Shown: positions 48,054-58,793, counted from the stretch's first letter. The stretch is DNA of 64,000 bases from Actinomycetota bacterium (GCA_046730015.1 JBKPHT010000126.1:1074-65073); one strand, 5' to 3'. Translations and numbers: made by a program. The notes: generated by a model not told the origin, from the letters alone.

Positions 48054-48874
48054 CGGTCCCAGACCTTCCAGGGTGCGATGCCGGTCGCCCAGAGCTCGTT
48101 GAGCAGCAGCGAGTCGCGGTAGGTGTCCATCGGCCGCCAGAAGCCGTCGTGCTGGTAGGCGACGATCTCGCCCCGGGCGGCCAGCCGTTCGAGCGGCTCC
48201 CGCTCGAGCACCGCGTTCATGTCGAGCTCGTCGAGCACCTCCGGCTCGAACACGAAGAAGCCGGAGTTCACCCAGTCGTCGGACTGCGGCTTCTCGCGGA
48301 AGGTGCGGACGACCTGGCCTGCGTCGAGGTCGACGTGGCCGAAGCGCGACAGCGGCCGGGTGGCGGTGACCGTCGCGAGGTGGCCGTGGCCCTGGTGGAA
48401 GGCGACCAGCTTGCGGACGTCGATGTCGGCCAACCCGTCGCCGTAGGTGACGATGAACGGACCGGGGCCCAGGTGGTGGGCGACCCGCTTCACCCTCCCC
48501 CCGGTCATGGTCTCCTGGCCGGTGTCGCAGATGGTGACGCGCCATCCCTCCTCGGCGTGGCCCTGGTGGATCTCGAGCTTGGCCGGGTGGCCGAGGGTGA
48601 CCGTGAAGTCGCTGCTGCGCTCGGCCTCGTAGTTCAGGAACCAGTTCTTGATCTGTTGGCCCTTGTAGCCGACGCACAGGACGAACTCGGTGAAGCCGTG
48701 GTGGGCGAAGCCCTTCATGATGTGCCAGAGCACGGGGCGCCCGCCGATCTCGACCATCGGCTTGGGGCGGAACTCGGTCTCCTCGCGGAGCCGGGTCCCG
48801 AGCCCACCGCACAGGATGACCACCTTGGGCGCGCACGCATCACTTTCGGCGGCCCCATCCCCCGGTCTCCCCAT
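48050..48874 (-). CDS. rfbF: Glucose-1-phosphate cytidylyltransferase
   Basis: C-terminal part of track ORF 48050..49783, from ATG 48872-48874. [36 protein letters not shown] is the characteristic RfbF N-terminus. The true start may be an internal GTG just before VILCGG. Confidence 0.85.
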   Translation of the reverse strand: MGRPGDGAAESDACAPKVVILCGGLGTRLREETEFRPKPMVEIGGRPVLWHIMKGFAHHGFTEFVLCVGYKGQQIKNWFLNYEAERSSDFTVTLGHPAKLEIHQGHAEEGWRVTICDTGQETMTGGRVKRVAHHLGPGPFIVTYGDGLADIDVRKLVAFHQGHGHLATVTATRPLSRFGHVDLDAGQVVRTFREKPQSDDWVNSGFFVFEPEVLDELDMNAVLEREPLERLAARGEIVAYQHDGFWRPMDTYRDSLLLNELWATGIAPWKVWDR

Positions 48875-48935
48875 GTCGCGCAGGATAAGCGATCGGCGCC
48901 GCGCAGCCCCACTCCCCGAGGCGTCAGCCCTGGTC

Positions 48936-49676
48936 TCAGCCCTGATCCTCGACCAACCGCAGCCCCGACGGGCTGATCGACGGCTCGACCCTCGGCATGT
49001 CGACGACGAACTCGGTGAGGTGGCCGGGGAAGACGTGCTCAGACACGAGCAGCGGGCCGCCGTCGTGGTCGCGGGTGATCCGCTCGCAGCGGAGGACCGG
49101 TGACCCCACCGGCACGGCCAGCAGCCGGGCGTCGTCGGGGGCGGCGGCGGCGGCGCCGATGGTCTGGGTGGCGCCGCCGATGGGCACCCCGACCAGCTCG
49201 TAGAACGGCGCCGCCTCGACGTCGGCCCGCGACAGGCGGGCGCCGACCGCCTCCGGGGCCCACACGGTGACACGGGCGAACGGCCGGCCGTCCGCGAGGT
49301 TGACCCGCCGAACCTCCAGCACCGAGTCGACGCCCAGCACCTGGCGGACCCGGGGTGGGGCGGTGACGAAGCGGAAGCCGACGATCCGCCGCTCGGAGCC
49401 CACGCCCAGCTCGCCGAGCTGGTCCTCGATCGTGCCGAGCCGGCCGAGCGACTGCCGGACCGGGTCGGTGGCGACGAACCAGCCGAAGCCCTGGCGGGCG
49501 TCGATGAGGCCCTCGTCCCGGAGCACCTCGAGAGCCTTGCGGACCGTGACCCGGCTGACCTCGTAGGCTGCCGACAGCTCGCTCTCGCTGGGCAGGAGGG
49601 CGCCCGCCGCGAGCTCGCCGCTCTCGACGCGCCGGCGCAGGTCGTCGGCGATGGCTCGATAGCGGACCTCGCGCAC
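48936..49676 (-). CDS. GntR family transcriptional regulator (HutC/UTRA subfamily)
   Basis: 246-aa ORF with a GTG start. N-terminal w[34 protein letters not shown] and a C-terminal UTRA-like domain. Same strand as, and directly upstream of, the rfb operon. Confidence 0.85.
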   Translation of the reverse strand: MREVRYRAIADDLRRRVESGELAAGALLPSESELSAAYEVSRVTVRKALEVLRDEGLIDARQGFGWFVATDPVRQSLGRLGTIEDQLGELGVGSERRIVGFRFVTAPPRVRQVLGVDSVLEVRRVNLADGRPFARVTVWAPEAVGARLSRADVEAAPFYELVGVPIGGATQTIGAAAAAPDDARLLAVPVGSPVLRCERITRDHDGGPLLVSEHVFPGHLTEFVVDMPRVEPSISPSGLRLVEDQG

Positions 49677-49719
49677 TTGTCATATACTTGTCTACATCGT
49701 AGGTTCGACGCAAGAACCT
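49675..49719. promoter_or_regulatory. AT-richer control region with a direct repeat and an inverted repeat (putative GntR operator and promoters)
   Basis: ACTTGTC-atat-ACTTGTC (49675-49692) overlaps the gntR start codon and contains GT...AC half-site-like strings (TGTCATATAC, TGTCTACA). An inverted repeat AGGTTC-n7-GAACCT lies at 49701-49719. All of this is in the 81-bp gap before the aconitase start. Confidence 0.4.
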
Positions 49720-49757
49720 CCGTCACAACCTCCTCCGACAAAGGGGTCCCGCCGACG

Positions 49758-52037
49758 ATGGCCGTCTCCGCCACCACCCCCATCGAGCTCGTCGACCAGA
49801 TCTACGCCCGCCTGCCCGACCGGGTCGCCCTCGGGCGCGAGCGCTTCGGCCGGCCGCTGACCTTTGCCGAGAAGATCCTGGTCAACCACCTGCGCGACGC
49901 GCAGGGCCAGGAGATGGAGCGGGGCCGGAGCTACGCCGACTTCGACCCCGACCGGGTCGCCATGCAGGACGCCACCGCCCAGATGGCGCTGCTCCAGTTC
50001 ATGACCGCCGGGCTGCCCGAGGTCGCCGTCCCCTCCACGGTCCACTGCGACCACCTCATCCAGGCCCGGGCCGGCGCCGACATCGACCTCCGCTTCGCGC
50101 TCGACGTCAACAGCGAGGTCTATGACTTCCTCCGGTCGGTGTCGGCGCGTTACCGCATCGGGTTCTGGAAGCCGGGCTCCGGCATCATCCACCAGGTCGT
50201 GCTGGAGAACTACGCCTTCCCCGGCGGGATGATGATCGGCACCGACAGCCACACCCCCAACGCCGGCGGCATCGGCATGGTGGCCGTCGGCGTCGGCGGC
50301 GCCGACGCGGTCGACGTCATGACCGGGTTCCCGTTCAACGTTCGCTGGCCCCGGCTGATCGGCGTCCGGCTCACCGGCGAGCTGTCGGGCTGGACCGCGC
50401 CCAAGGACGTCATCCTCCGGGTGGCCGAGATCCTCACCGTCAAGGGCGGCACGGGCGCCATCGTCGAGTACTTCGGGCCCGGTGCCGACGCCCTGTCCAC
50501 CACCGGCAAGGCGACCATCTGCAACATGGGTGCCGAGATCGGCGCCACGACGTCGCTGTTCAGCTTCGACGACCGCGGCCTCGACTACCTGCGGGCCACC
50601 GGCCGGGCCGCCCTGGCCGACGCCGCGGCCGCGGCGATGGCCGACCTGCGGCCCGACCCCGAGGTCGCCGCCGACCCCGGCCGGTACTTCGACCAGGTCA
50701 TCGAGATCGACCTGTCGACCCTCGAGCCGATGATCAACGGCCCCCACTCCCCCGACCGGGCCCACAAGGTCAGCCAGGTCGGCGCCCACGCCCGGGCGGA
50801 GGGCTGGCCAACCGACATCTCGTCGGCCCTCATCGGGTCGTGCACCAACTCGTCCTACGAGGACATCACCCGGGCCGCGTCGATCGCGCGGGTGGCCGCC
50901 GCCCACGGCCTCACCGCCCGGACCCAGCTGCTCATCACCCCCGGCTCCGAGCAGGTCCGGGCCACGATCGAGCGCGACGGCCTGCTGGCCGACCTCGAGG
51001 CCATCGGCGGCACCGTCCTGGCCAACGCCTGCGGGCCCTGCATCGGCCAGTGGGACCGGACCGACGTCGACACGTCGGTCCCCAACACGGTCGTCAACAG
51101 CTACAACCGGAACTTCCCCAAGCGGAACGACGGCAGCGCCAACACCCTCGCCTTCGTCACCAGCCCCGACGTCGTCGTGGCCCTGGCCCTTGCCGGCACC
51201 CTCGACTTCGACCCGGTGACCGGCACCCTGCCGGCGGCCGACGGCACCCCGGTCCGGCTCGAGCCGCCCGCCGGCGAGCAGCTGCCGGCCCGGGGCTTCG
51301 ACCCGGGCGAGTCGGGGTTCCTCGCCCCGCCGGACGACGGCGCTGCGGTCACCGTCGAGGTCGACCCGGGCAGCGAGCGACTCCAGCTGCTCGCCCCCTT
51401 CGCCCCGTGGGACGGCGAGGACCTCGTCGACCTGCCCGTCCTCATGAAGGCGACGGGCAAGTGCACCACCGACCACATCTCCGCCGCCGGCCCCTGGCTG
51501 AAGTACCGGGGCCACCTGGAGAACATCTCCGGGAACCTGTTCCTCGGCGTGGTCAACGCGTTCCGGGAGGTCGAGGCCGGCCACGGCAAGGACCCGCTCG
51601 ACGGCGAGATCCGGTCGTTCCCCGACATCGCCCGCCACCTCCACACCGAGGGCGTCCCCTGGTGTGCCGTCGGTGACGAGAACTACGGTGAGGGCAGTTC
51701 GCGTGAGCACGCCGCCATGGAGCCGCGCTTCCGGGGGGGCAAGGTGATATTCGCCCGCAGCTTCGCCCGCATCCACGAGACCAACCTCAAGAAGCAGGGC
51801 ATGCTGGCGCTCACGTTCGCCGACCCGGACACCTACGACCTGATCGACGAGGACGACACGATCAGCGTGCTGGGCCTGGGCGACCTCGCCCCCGACACCC
51901 CGGTGCGGTGCGCCGTCACCAAGCCCGACGGCAGCCGCGTCGAGTTCCTGGCCACCCACACGATGAACGACGAGCAGATCGAGTGGTTCACGGCGGGCAG
52001 CGCCCTGAACATCATCCGCCGCAAGCACGCCGGGTGA
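49758..52037 (+). CDS. acn: Aconitate hydratase, mitochondrial-type (about 760 aa)
   Basis: Track ORF 49677..52037. The likely start is ATG 49758 ([12 protein letters not shown]). [38 protein letters not shown] closely resembles mitochondrial ACO2-type enzymes. Fe-S cysteines are in IGSCTNSS and [10 protein letters not shown]. Confidence 0.9.
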   Translation: MAVSATTPIELVDQIYARLPDRVALGRERFGRPLTFAEKILVNHLRDAQGQEMERGRSYADFDPDRVAMQDATAQMALLQFMTAGLPEVAVPSTVHCDHLIQARAGADIDLRFALDVNSEVYDFLRSVSARYRIGFWKPGSGIIHQVVLENYAFPGGMMIGTDSHTPNAGGIGMVAVGVGGADAVDVMTGFPFNVRWPRLIGVRLTGELSGWTAPKDVILRVAEILTVKGGTGAIVEYFGPGADALSTTGKATICNMGAEIGATTSLFSFDDRGLDYLRATGRAALADAAAAAMADLRPDPEVAADPGRYFDQVIEIDLSTLEPMINGPHSPDRAHKVSQVGAHARAEGWPTDISSALIGSCTNSSYEDITRAASIARVAAAHGLTARTQLLITPGSEQVRATIERDGLLADLEAIGGTVLANACGPCIGQWDRTDVDTSVPNTVVNSYNRNFPKRNDGSANTLAFVTSPDVVVALALAGTLDFDPVTGTLPAADGTPVRLEPPAGEQLPARGFDPGESGFLAPPDDGAAVTVEVDPGSERLQLLAPFAPWDGEDLVDLPVLMKATGKCTTDHISAAGPWLKYRGHLENISGNLFLGVVNAFREVEAGHGKDPLDGEIRSFPDIARHLHTEGVPWCAVGDENYGEGSSREHAAMEPRFRGGKVIFARSFARIHETNLKKQGMLALTFADPDTYDLIDEDDTISVLGLGDLAPDTPVRCAVTKPDGSRVEFLATHTMNDEQIEWFTAGSALNIIRRKHAG

Positions 52038-53749
52038 ACGAGCGCGACGATCCCCCGCCCCGCCTCCTGGGCGTCGACCACGTCCAGCTGGCCATGCCCG
52101 CGGGCGGGGAGGCGCTCGCCGAGGCCTTCTACGCGGGGGTGCTCGGCCTGACCCGGGTGCCCAAGCCGCCGCAGGCCGCGGCCCGGGGCGGCGCCTGGTT
52201 CTCCGGACCGGCGGTGACGATCCACCTCGGCGTCGACCCCGACTTCCGGCCCGCCCGCAAGGCCCACCCGGGACTGCTGGTCGAGGACCTCGACGTGGTC
52301 TGCCGGCGGCTCGTCGACGCCGGCGCCGACGTCCGCCCGGCCGACGACCTGCCCGGCATCCGCCGCATCCACACCGACGACCCGTTCGGCAACCGGCTGG
52401 AGCTGATCCAGGCGGTGGAGCCCCCGCTCGAGGCGTTCGCCACGATGGCCGAGCACTCGATCTTCCCGTTGGCGCTGATCGACAACGCGGGGACGATCTG
52501 CTGGCTCAGCGCGTCGGTCGAGCGGTTCTTCGGCTGGGACCGCGACGACCTGGTGGGCAGCAACTTCGCCCGGGTGGTGGCGCCCGAGTCGCTCCCGGCC
52601 GTGATCGAGGCCTTCACCGCCATCGACGACGCCTACGAGATCACCCCGTGGGGCGGCGTCGGCATGCCGGTCGACCTCGTCCTCGCCGACGGCACCGAGA
52701 CCCCGTGCGAGCTCTCGGTGCTCACCACCCGGCGCACCGGCCTGCCCTGGTACGTCGTCAACGTGCGCCGGGTCGGCTACGAGCGGGCGCTCGACCTGGC
52801 CATCGAGGCGATGGCCGAGGGGGTGCGCCTCGGCGACATCCTCACCCGGCTGGTCGGCGCCGTCGAGCAGATGGTGCCGCAGTCGACCGTCGCCATCGGG
52901 GACCGCTGGACCGGCGTCGACTTCTCCGTCGTCGCCGGCGACGCCGCCGACCTCGTCGCCGTCGAGGGGGCCACCCCGTGGGCCCGGGCGCTCGAGTCGG
53001 GCGAGGACGTCTACGTCGACCTCGACGACCTGTCCCCGCCCGTCGCCGCGCTGGCCGTGGCGGAGGGCCACGCGGCCTGCTGGGTCCACCCGGTGACCGC
53101 CCCGGGCGACGACCGGCCGCTCGCGGCCATCACGATCTGGCGCTCGTGGCCGGGCCGGCCGACGGCGTTCACCTGGCAGACCGTCCGCCGCGCCGGCCAG
53201 CTGTTGAGGCTCACGCTCCAGTGGGACCGCAGCCACCGGTCGCTCCAGTACGCGGCCACCCACGACCAGCTCACCGGGCTGGCCAACCGGGTGGCGTTCC
53301 TCGACCGGCTGACCACCGTCGCCTCGCGGCACGAGGGCCGGGCGGCGGTGCTGTTCCTCGACCTCGACCACTTCAAGCCGATCAACGAGAACCACGGCCA
53401 CCCCGTCGGCGACCGGGTGCTGGCCATCGTGGCCGACCGGCTGGTCGGGGTGCTGCGGCCGGGCGACCTGGTGGCCCGCATCGGCGGCGACGAGTTCGCG
53501 GTGCTGTGCGAGCGGCTCAGCGGCGCCGACGACGTCGAGGCGGTGGCCAAGCGGCTGCTGACCGTCCTCCGTGAGCCGATCCACCCCCAGCCCGGCATCC
53601 CGACCGAGGTCCGGGTCGACGCCAGCATCGGCGTCACCGACCTCCAGGACGTCGCGAACGTCGACGTCACGCTGGCCAACGTCGACGAGGCGATGCGCGA
53701 GGCCAAGACCACCGGCCGCGGCCGGTGGGTCCGCTACGACCGCGACTGA
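52034..53749 (+). CDS. VOC(glyoxalase-like)-PAS-GAF-GGDEF diguanylate cyclase
   Basis: Last 571 aa of track ORF 51908..53749, from GTG 52034 (GTGA overlap with the aconitase stop). The N-terminal [12 protein letters not shown]...FGNRLELIQ has a VOC fold, followed by a PAS-like and a GAF-like middle. The C-terminus has [11 protein letters not shown]...RIGGDEFAV, with RPGD (RxxD I-site) five residues before GGDEF. Confidence 0.8.
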   Translation: MNERDDPPPRLLGVDHVQLAMPAGGEALAEAFYAGVLGLTRVPKPPQAAARGGAWFSGPAVTIHLGVDPDFRPARKAHPGLLVEDLDVVCRRLVDAGADVRPADDLPGIRRIHTDDPFGNRLELIQAVEPPLEAFATMAEHSIFPLALIDNAGTICWLSASVERFFGWDRDDLVGSNFARVVAPESLPAVIEAFTAIDDAYEITPWGGVGMPVDLVLADGTETPCELSVLTTRRTGLPWYVVNVRRVGYERALDLAIEAMAEGVRLGDILTRLVGAVEQMVPQSTVAIGDRWTGVDFSVVAGDAADLVAVEGATPWARALESGEDVYVDLDDLSPPVAALAVAEGHAACWVHPVTAPGDDRPLAAITIWRSWPGRPTAFTWQTVRRAGQLLRLTLQWDRSHRSLQYAATHDQLTGLANRVAFLDRLTTVASRHEGRAAVLFLDLDHFKPINENHGHPVGDRVLAIVADRLVGVLRPGDLVARIGGDEFAVLCERLSGADDVEAVAKRLLTVLREPIHPQPGIPTEVRVDASIGVTDLQDVANVDVTLANVDEAMREAKTTGRGRWVRYDRD

Positions 53750-53776
53750 GCGACCCCGGTCGTCGGTCCCCGGTTC

Positions 53777-55204
53777 TCAGTCCTCGCCGGGGCGGCGGTC
53801 GGCCTCGCCGGCGTCGTCGCCGGAGTAGCCCGGCGGGTAGGTGCGGGCCAGCTCTTCGGCCGTGGGCTCGTAGGGCTCCCGCGCCTGGGGCGGGAGCAGG
53901 TCGGCGATGGCCGCCATCATCCGCTTGGTGTCGGCGTCGACCGAGTCGCCGTCCACCTCGAACGGCTCGCCCACCCGCACCCGGACGGTCGGCGGGTGCA
54001 CGACGTTCCACACCCGGGGCAGGCGCTCGGAACGGGGCCACACCGCCTCGGTGCCCCACAGGCCGATCGGCACGACCGGGACCCGGGTCTGGGCGGCCAG
54101 GCGGGCGGCGCCCCACCGGCCCTTCAGCTCCGGGTCGAAGAACGCCCGGCCCCGCGGGATCGTGCCCTGGGGCAGGATGGCGACCAGCTCGCCGCTGGCC
54201 AGCGCGGCGGCCGCCTCCAGCAGCGGGTCGTCGGAGCCGCTGGCCCGGTCGACGCGGATGCCGCCGAGCGCCCGGGCGATGTTCCCCACGACGGGCGCGT
54301 CGAACACCTCGCGCTTGCCGAGGAACCGGACGGCCCGGCCCCGGCGGGCGAACACGCTCCCCAGGGTGAGCGGGTCGAAGTAGCTGCGATGGTTGGCGAC
54401 CACGATGGCCGGCCCCGCCTCGGGGATGCGGTCGACACCCTCGACGTCGAACCGTACCCAGGGCAGCATCTCCGGCCGGAACACCGTCTGGATCACCCGC
54501 TGGGGCTCGATGCCCAGCACCGGCACCTTGGGCACTCCGGCGGGCACGTCGAGCCAGGTCACCGGCCAGCGGCGGACCACGGCCAGCGCGAGCAGCCGGG
54601 GGTCGGGGTTGACGGCCACGGGGTGCCCGACGGCGCCGAGCAGCGGGTTGTCGTAGTAGGAGTCGCTGTAGGCCCAGCTCTGGTCGAGGCCGACGCCGTT
54701 CCCAGCGGCCCAGGCCCGCACCGCCCGGAGCTTGCCGCGGCCCCACACGAACTCGCCGTCGATGGTGCCGTCGTAGCGGCCCTCGGCGTCGAGCCCGTAG
54801 CGGGTGGCGACGACGTCGTCGAAGCCGAGGGCGTCGGCGAGGGGCCGGATCATGTCCTCGGGCGTGGTGGTGGCGAGGACGAGCCGCCGGCCGTCGGCCC
54901 GGTGGTCGTCGATCAGGGGCCGGGCGAACGGCTGGACGGCGGAGGCCAGCGTCTCGGCCGCCTTCTCCCCCGCCACCTTCACCTGGTCGCGGGGCCAGCC
55001 CCGGGCGAAGCGGGCAGCCTGCCGGGTGAGGATCATCGAGGGCCGCGTCTCGCCCACCAGGTTGAACAGCCGATAGACGAGGCCCTCGCCGGGGATGCCC
55101 CGCCCGGACATCACGCCGGCCTCCCGCAGCGCCGCCGTGAGCACCGGTCCGCTGGCACCGCGCAGCAGCGTCCGGTCGAGATCGAAGATCGCGGCCCCTG
55201 TCAT
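53777..55204 (-). CDS. HAD-IB hydrolase fused to a PlsC-type acyltransferase
   Basis: 475-aa ORF. N-terminal canonical HAD motif I FDLDRTLL and motif IV YSDSYYDNPLL. C-terminal VANHRSYFD (HxxxxD) and LPQGTIPRG. Confidence 0.85.
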   Translation of the reverse strand: MTGAAIFDLDRTLLRGASGPVLTAALREAGVMSGRGIPGEGLVYRLFNLVGETRPSMILTRQAARFARGWPRDQVKVAGEKAAETLASAVQPFARPLIDDHRADGRRLVLATTTPEDMIRPLADALGFDDVVATRYGLDAEGRYDGTIDGEFVWGRGKLRAVRAWAAGNGVGLDQSWAYSDSYYDNPLLGAVGHPVAVNPDPRLLALAVVRRWPVTWLDVPAGVPKVPVLGIEPQRVIQTVFRPEMLPWVRFDVEGVDRIPEAGPAIVVANHRSYFDPLTLGSVFARRGRAVRFLGKREVFDAPVVGNIARALGGIRVDRASGSDDPLLEAAAALASGELVAILPQGTIPRGRAFFDPELKGRWGAARLAAQTRVPVVPIGLWGTEAVWPRSERLPRVWNVVHPPTVRVRVGEPFEVDGDSVDADTKRMMAAIADLLPPQAREPYEPTAEELARTYPPGYSGDDAGEADRRPGED

Positions 55205-55359
55205 GCCCGGAACCTACCTGAAGGTTGCGCGAAGAGATCACGTCGGCGTGTCCTCGGCGGCAGCGCCGCCGAGAGCAACGACACTGTTCTTCCCGCTCTT
55301 GGCGCCTTCGGCGCCGGGCCGCTCGGGCCACGGCTCCGCCTGTCGGCGGAGTCTCTTCC

Positions 55360-55492
55360 GGAAAACGAGAGGAGCCGACCGCGGGTGGGTCGGTCGGCTC
55401 CTTCCTGGTGCGGCGCATCGGGAGGGGGGATCCGTCTGCGGCACTCTGTGTCGAGCAGTGCGATCGGGGGGAGATCGTCACCGCTCGTGTTA
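55360..55492 (-). ncRNA. Candidate 6C-type small RNA (two C-rich-loop hairpins plus an intrinsic terminator)
   Basis: The minus-strand reading has three elements. First, GUGaCGAUC[UCCCCCC]GAUCGcCAC. Second, GUGC-CGCA-ga-CGG[AUCCCCCCUC]CCG-a-UGCG-cc-GCAC. Third, AGGAGCCGACC[11 nt]GGUCGGCUCCU followed by CUCGUUUUCC. It is preceded by a sigma-A-like promoter. The ends are approximate. Confidence 0.5.
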
Positions 55493-55498
55493 CCGGCC

Positions 55499-55528
55499 AG
55501 TATGCGACCCGGCCCCGCGATTCGTCAA
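55499..55528 (-). promoter_or_regulatory. Putative promoter of the candidate sRNA
   Basis: On the minus strand: TTGACG (-35, 55523-55528), an 18-nt spacer, then CATACT (-10, 55499-55504). Located about 7-10 nt upstream of the first hairpin region. Confidence 0.4.
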
Positions 55529-55539
55529 ACAGTTGTTTG
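55526..55539. promoter_or_regulatory. AT-rich perfect palindrome, candidate LysR-type binding site
   Basis: CAAACA-GT-TGTTTG lies 25 bp upstream of the lysR start (55564). It overlaps the -35 element of the divergent sRNA promoter. It stands out in a very GC-rich genome. Confidence 0.45.
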
Positions 55540-55563
55540 CGATAGGTGCCATCATTGGGAGCG

Positions 55564-56490
55564 ATGGACCTCCGCCAGCTCGCCGCCCTGGCCGCCGTCG
55601 CCGAGACCGGCTCGTTCTCGGCCGCCGCCCGCCGCCTCCACACCGTCCAGTCCAACGTCTCGACCCACGTCGCCCGGCTCGAGCAGGAGCTGGGCGCCAC
55701 CCTCGTCGACCGCTCGACCGGCACGCTCACCGACGAGGGCGAGGTCGTCGTCGACCGGGCCCGCCGCATCGGCCACGAGATCGAGTCGCTCCGAGCCGAC
55801 GTCGACTCGATGCTCCACGAGGTGTCCGGCGAGGTCCGGCTCGGCTGCATCGGCACGGTCAGCCGCTGGCTCGTCCCCGTCCTCCTCGAGCTCATGGCCG
55901 ACCGCCACCCCAAGGTCCACGTCGTGATCGTCGATGCCACCACCACCTCGCTCGTCCCCCAGGTGGTGGCGCAGAGCCTCGACCTGGCCGTCATCAACCT
56001 GCCCCTGGCCGGCGGCGAGCTCGCCACCGAGCCCCTCTTCGAGGAGGAGCGGATCGTCCTCGCTCCCCACGACCACCCGCTCGCCGCCCACGACCGCCTC
56101 GAGCTCGCCGACCTCGCCGGACACGAGCTGCTGCTCGAGCCCCGCGGCACCGCCTTCCGCGACGTGCTCGACGACGAGGCGACCCGCATCGGCGTCGAGG
56201 TCCGGCCCCAGGCCGAGATCGACGGCATCCGCCTGCTCACCTCGCTGGCGGCCGCCGGGTTCGGCGCCGCAGTCGTCCCCGCCACCGCCGCACCCCCCAC
56301 GTACGAGGCCACGTGCCGCCGCGTCCGGGTCGACGGCCTGCCGGCCCGGGCCGTCGGCCTGGCCACGCCCCGGCGGGGGCGGCTGTCGGCTCCGGCCCGT
56401 GCCGTCCGGGCCGCGGTCCACGACAGCGTGGCCGCCTCCCCCCAGGACGGCGTCCGCCTGACCATGGGGTCGCCGGCTCCGCGGCAGTAG
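55564..56490 (+). CDS. LysR family transcriptional regulator
   Basis: Track ORF 55546..56490. I prefer ATG 55564, preceded by GGGAG. MDLRQLAALAAVAETGSFSAAARRLHTVQSNVSTHVARLEQELG is a canonical LTTR HTH. Confidence 0.9.
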   Translation: MDLRQLAALAAVAETGSFSAAARRLHTVQSNVSTHVARLEQELGATLVDRSTGTLTDEGEVVVDRARRIGHEIESLRADVDSMLHEVSGEVRLGCIGTVSRWLVPVLLELMADRHPKVHVVIVDATTTSLVPQVVAQSLDLAVINLPLAGGELATEPLFEEERIVLAPHDHPLAAHDRLELADLAGHELLLEPRGTAFRDVLDDEATRIGVEVRPQAEIDGIRLLTSLAAAGFGAAVVPATAAPPTYEATCRRVRVDGLPARAVGLATPRRGRLSAPARAVRAAVHDSVAASPQDGVRLTMGSPAPRQ

Positions 56491-56533
56491 CCTCGACCCG
56501 GAGTCGAGATCACGATCGAGGAGCGCTGCGGCC

Positions 56534-57805
<1,272 letters not shown>

Positions 57806-57838
57806 GCCGGCCCGCCCGGCGCGCGTTCGAGGAGGGGG

Positions 57839-58783
57839 ATGCACGCGGTCACCATCGTCGACGGCGCGCTCGCGTGGCGCGAGAACCCCGACCCCGTGCC
57901 CGGCACCGGCGAGCTGCTCGTCTGGGTCCGGGCCGCGGGGGTGTGCCGGGGCGACCTGATGCAGCGGGACGGCCTGTACCCGCCGCCGCCCGGCACCGCC
58001 CCGCCCGACCTGCCCGGCATGGAGCTGGCCGGCGAGGTCGTCGCCTGCGGGCCCGGCACCCGCCGGTTCGGGGTCGGCGACCGGATCATGGCCGTGGTCC
58101 CCGGCGCCGCCCAGGCCGAGCTGGCCGTGGTCCCCGAGCTGGTCGTCCTGCCGGTGCCGGAGGGCGTGCCGTGGGAGCGGGCCGGCGGCTTCCCCGAGAA
58201 CTACACGACCGCCCACGACGCCCTGTTCACCCAATGCGGGCTGGCCGTCGGCGAGCGGGTCTGCATCCATGGCGCCGCGGGCGGGGTCGGCACCGCCGCG
58301 GTCGAGCTGGCCGTGGCGGCCGGCGCCCGGGTCGTCGCGACCGTGCGGAACCCGGCCTCGCGGGATGGCGTCGCCGCCCTGGGCGCCACGGTCGTCGCGC
58401 CCGACGACTTCGTCGACCACGGGCCGTTCGACGTCGTCCTCGAGCTGGTCGGCGGCGTCAACATGGCCGCCAACCTGCGGGCCCTGGCCACCTGGGGGCG
58501 GATCAGCGTCATCGGCGTCGGCGCCGGTCTCAGCGCGGAGATCAGCCTGCTCGACCTCATGGCCCGGCGAGGCCGCATCCACGGCTCCACCCTGCGCCCC
58601 CGCCCGCCCGAGGAGAAGGCGGCCGCCGCCCGCCGGGTCGAGCGCCACGCCCTGCCGCTCCTCGCGTCCGGCGGGCTCACCGTCCCCCTCGCGGCCACGT
58701 TCCCCATGCCCGAGGCCGCGGCCGCCTACGACCGGTTCGCCGCCGGCGGCAAGCTGGGCAAGATCGTGCTGACCGCGGACTGA
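57839..58783 (+). CDS. NAD(P)H:quinone oxidoreductase / zeta-crystallin-like MDR protein
   Basis: 314-aa ORF. Non-zinc MDR pattern, IHGAAGGVGTAAVELA Rossmann motif, and a C-terminal GKIVL. Confidence 0.8.
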   Translation: MHAVTIVDGALAWRENPDPVPGTGELLVWVRAAGVCRGDLMQRDGLYPPPPGTAPPDLPGMELAGEVVACGPGTRRFGVGDRIMAVVPGAAQAELAVVPELVVLPVPEGVPWERAGGFPENYTTAHDALFTQCGLAVGERVCIHGAAGGVGTAAVELAVAAGARVVATVRNPASRDGVAALGATVVAPDDFVDHGPFDVVLELVGGVNMAANLRALATWGRISVIGVGAGLSAEISLLDLMARRGRIHGSTLRPRPPEEKAAAARRVERHALPLLASGGLTVPLAATFPMPEAAAAYDRFAAGGKLGKIVLTAD

Positions 58784-58793
58784 ACCGCGGCGG

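Noticed and set aside
55225-55545. 106-aa plus-strand ORF and a 68-aa minus-strand ORF (55238..55444) in the HAD-acyltransferase/lysR intergenic region.
   Set aside because: Neither has a ribosome-binding site or a motif. The region is better explained by a promoter, C-loop hairpins and a terminator, that is, the candidate sRNA.
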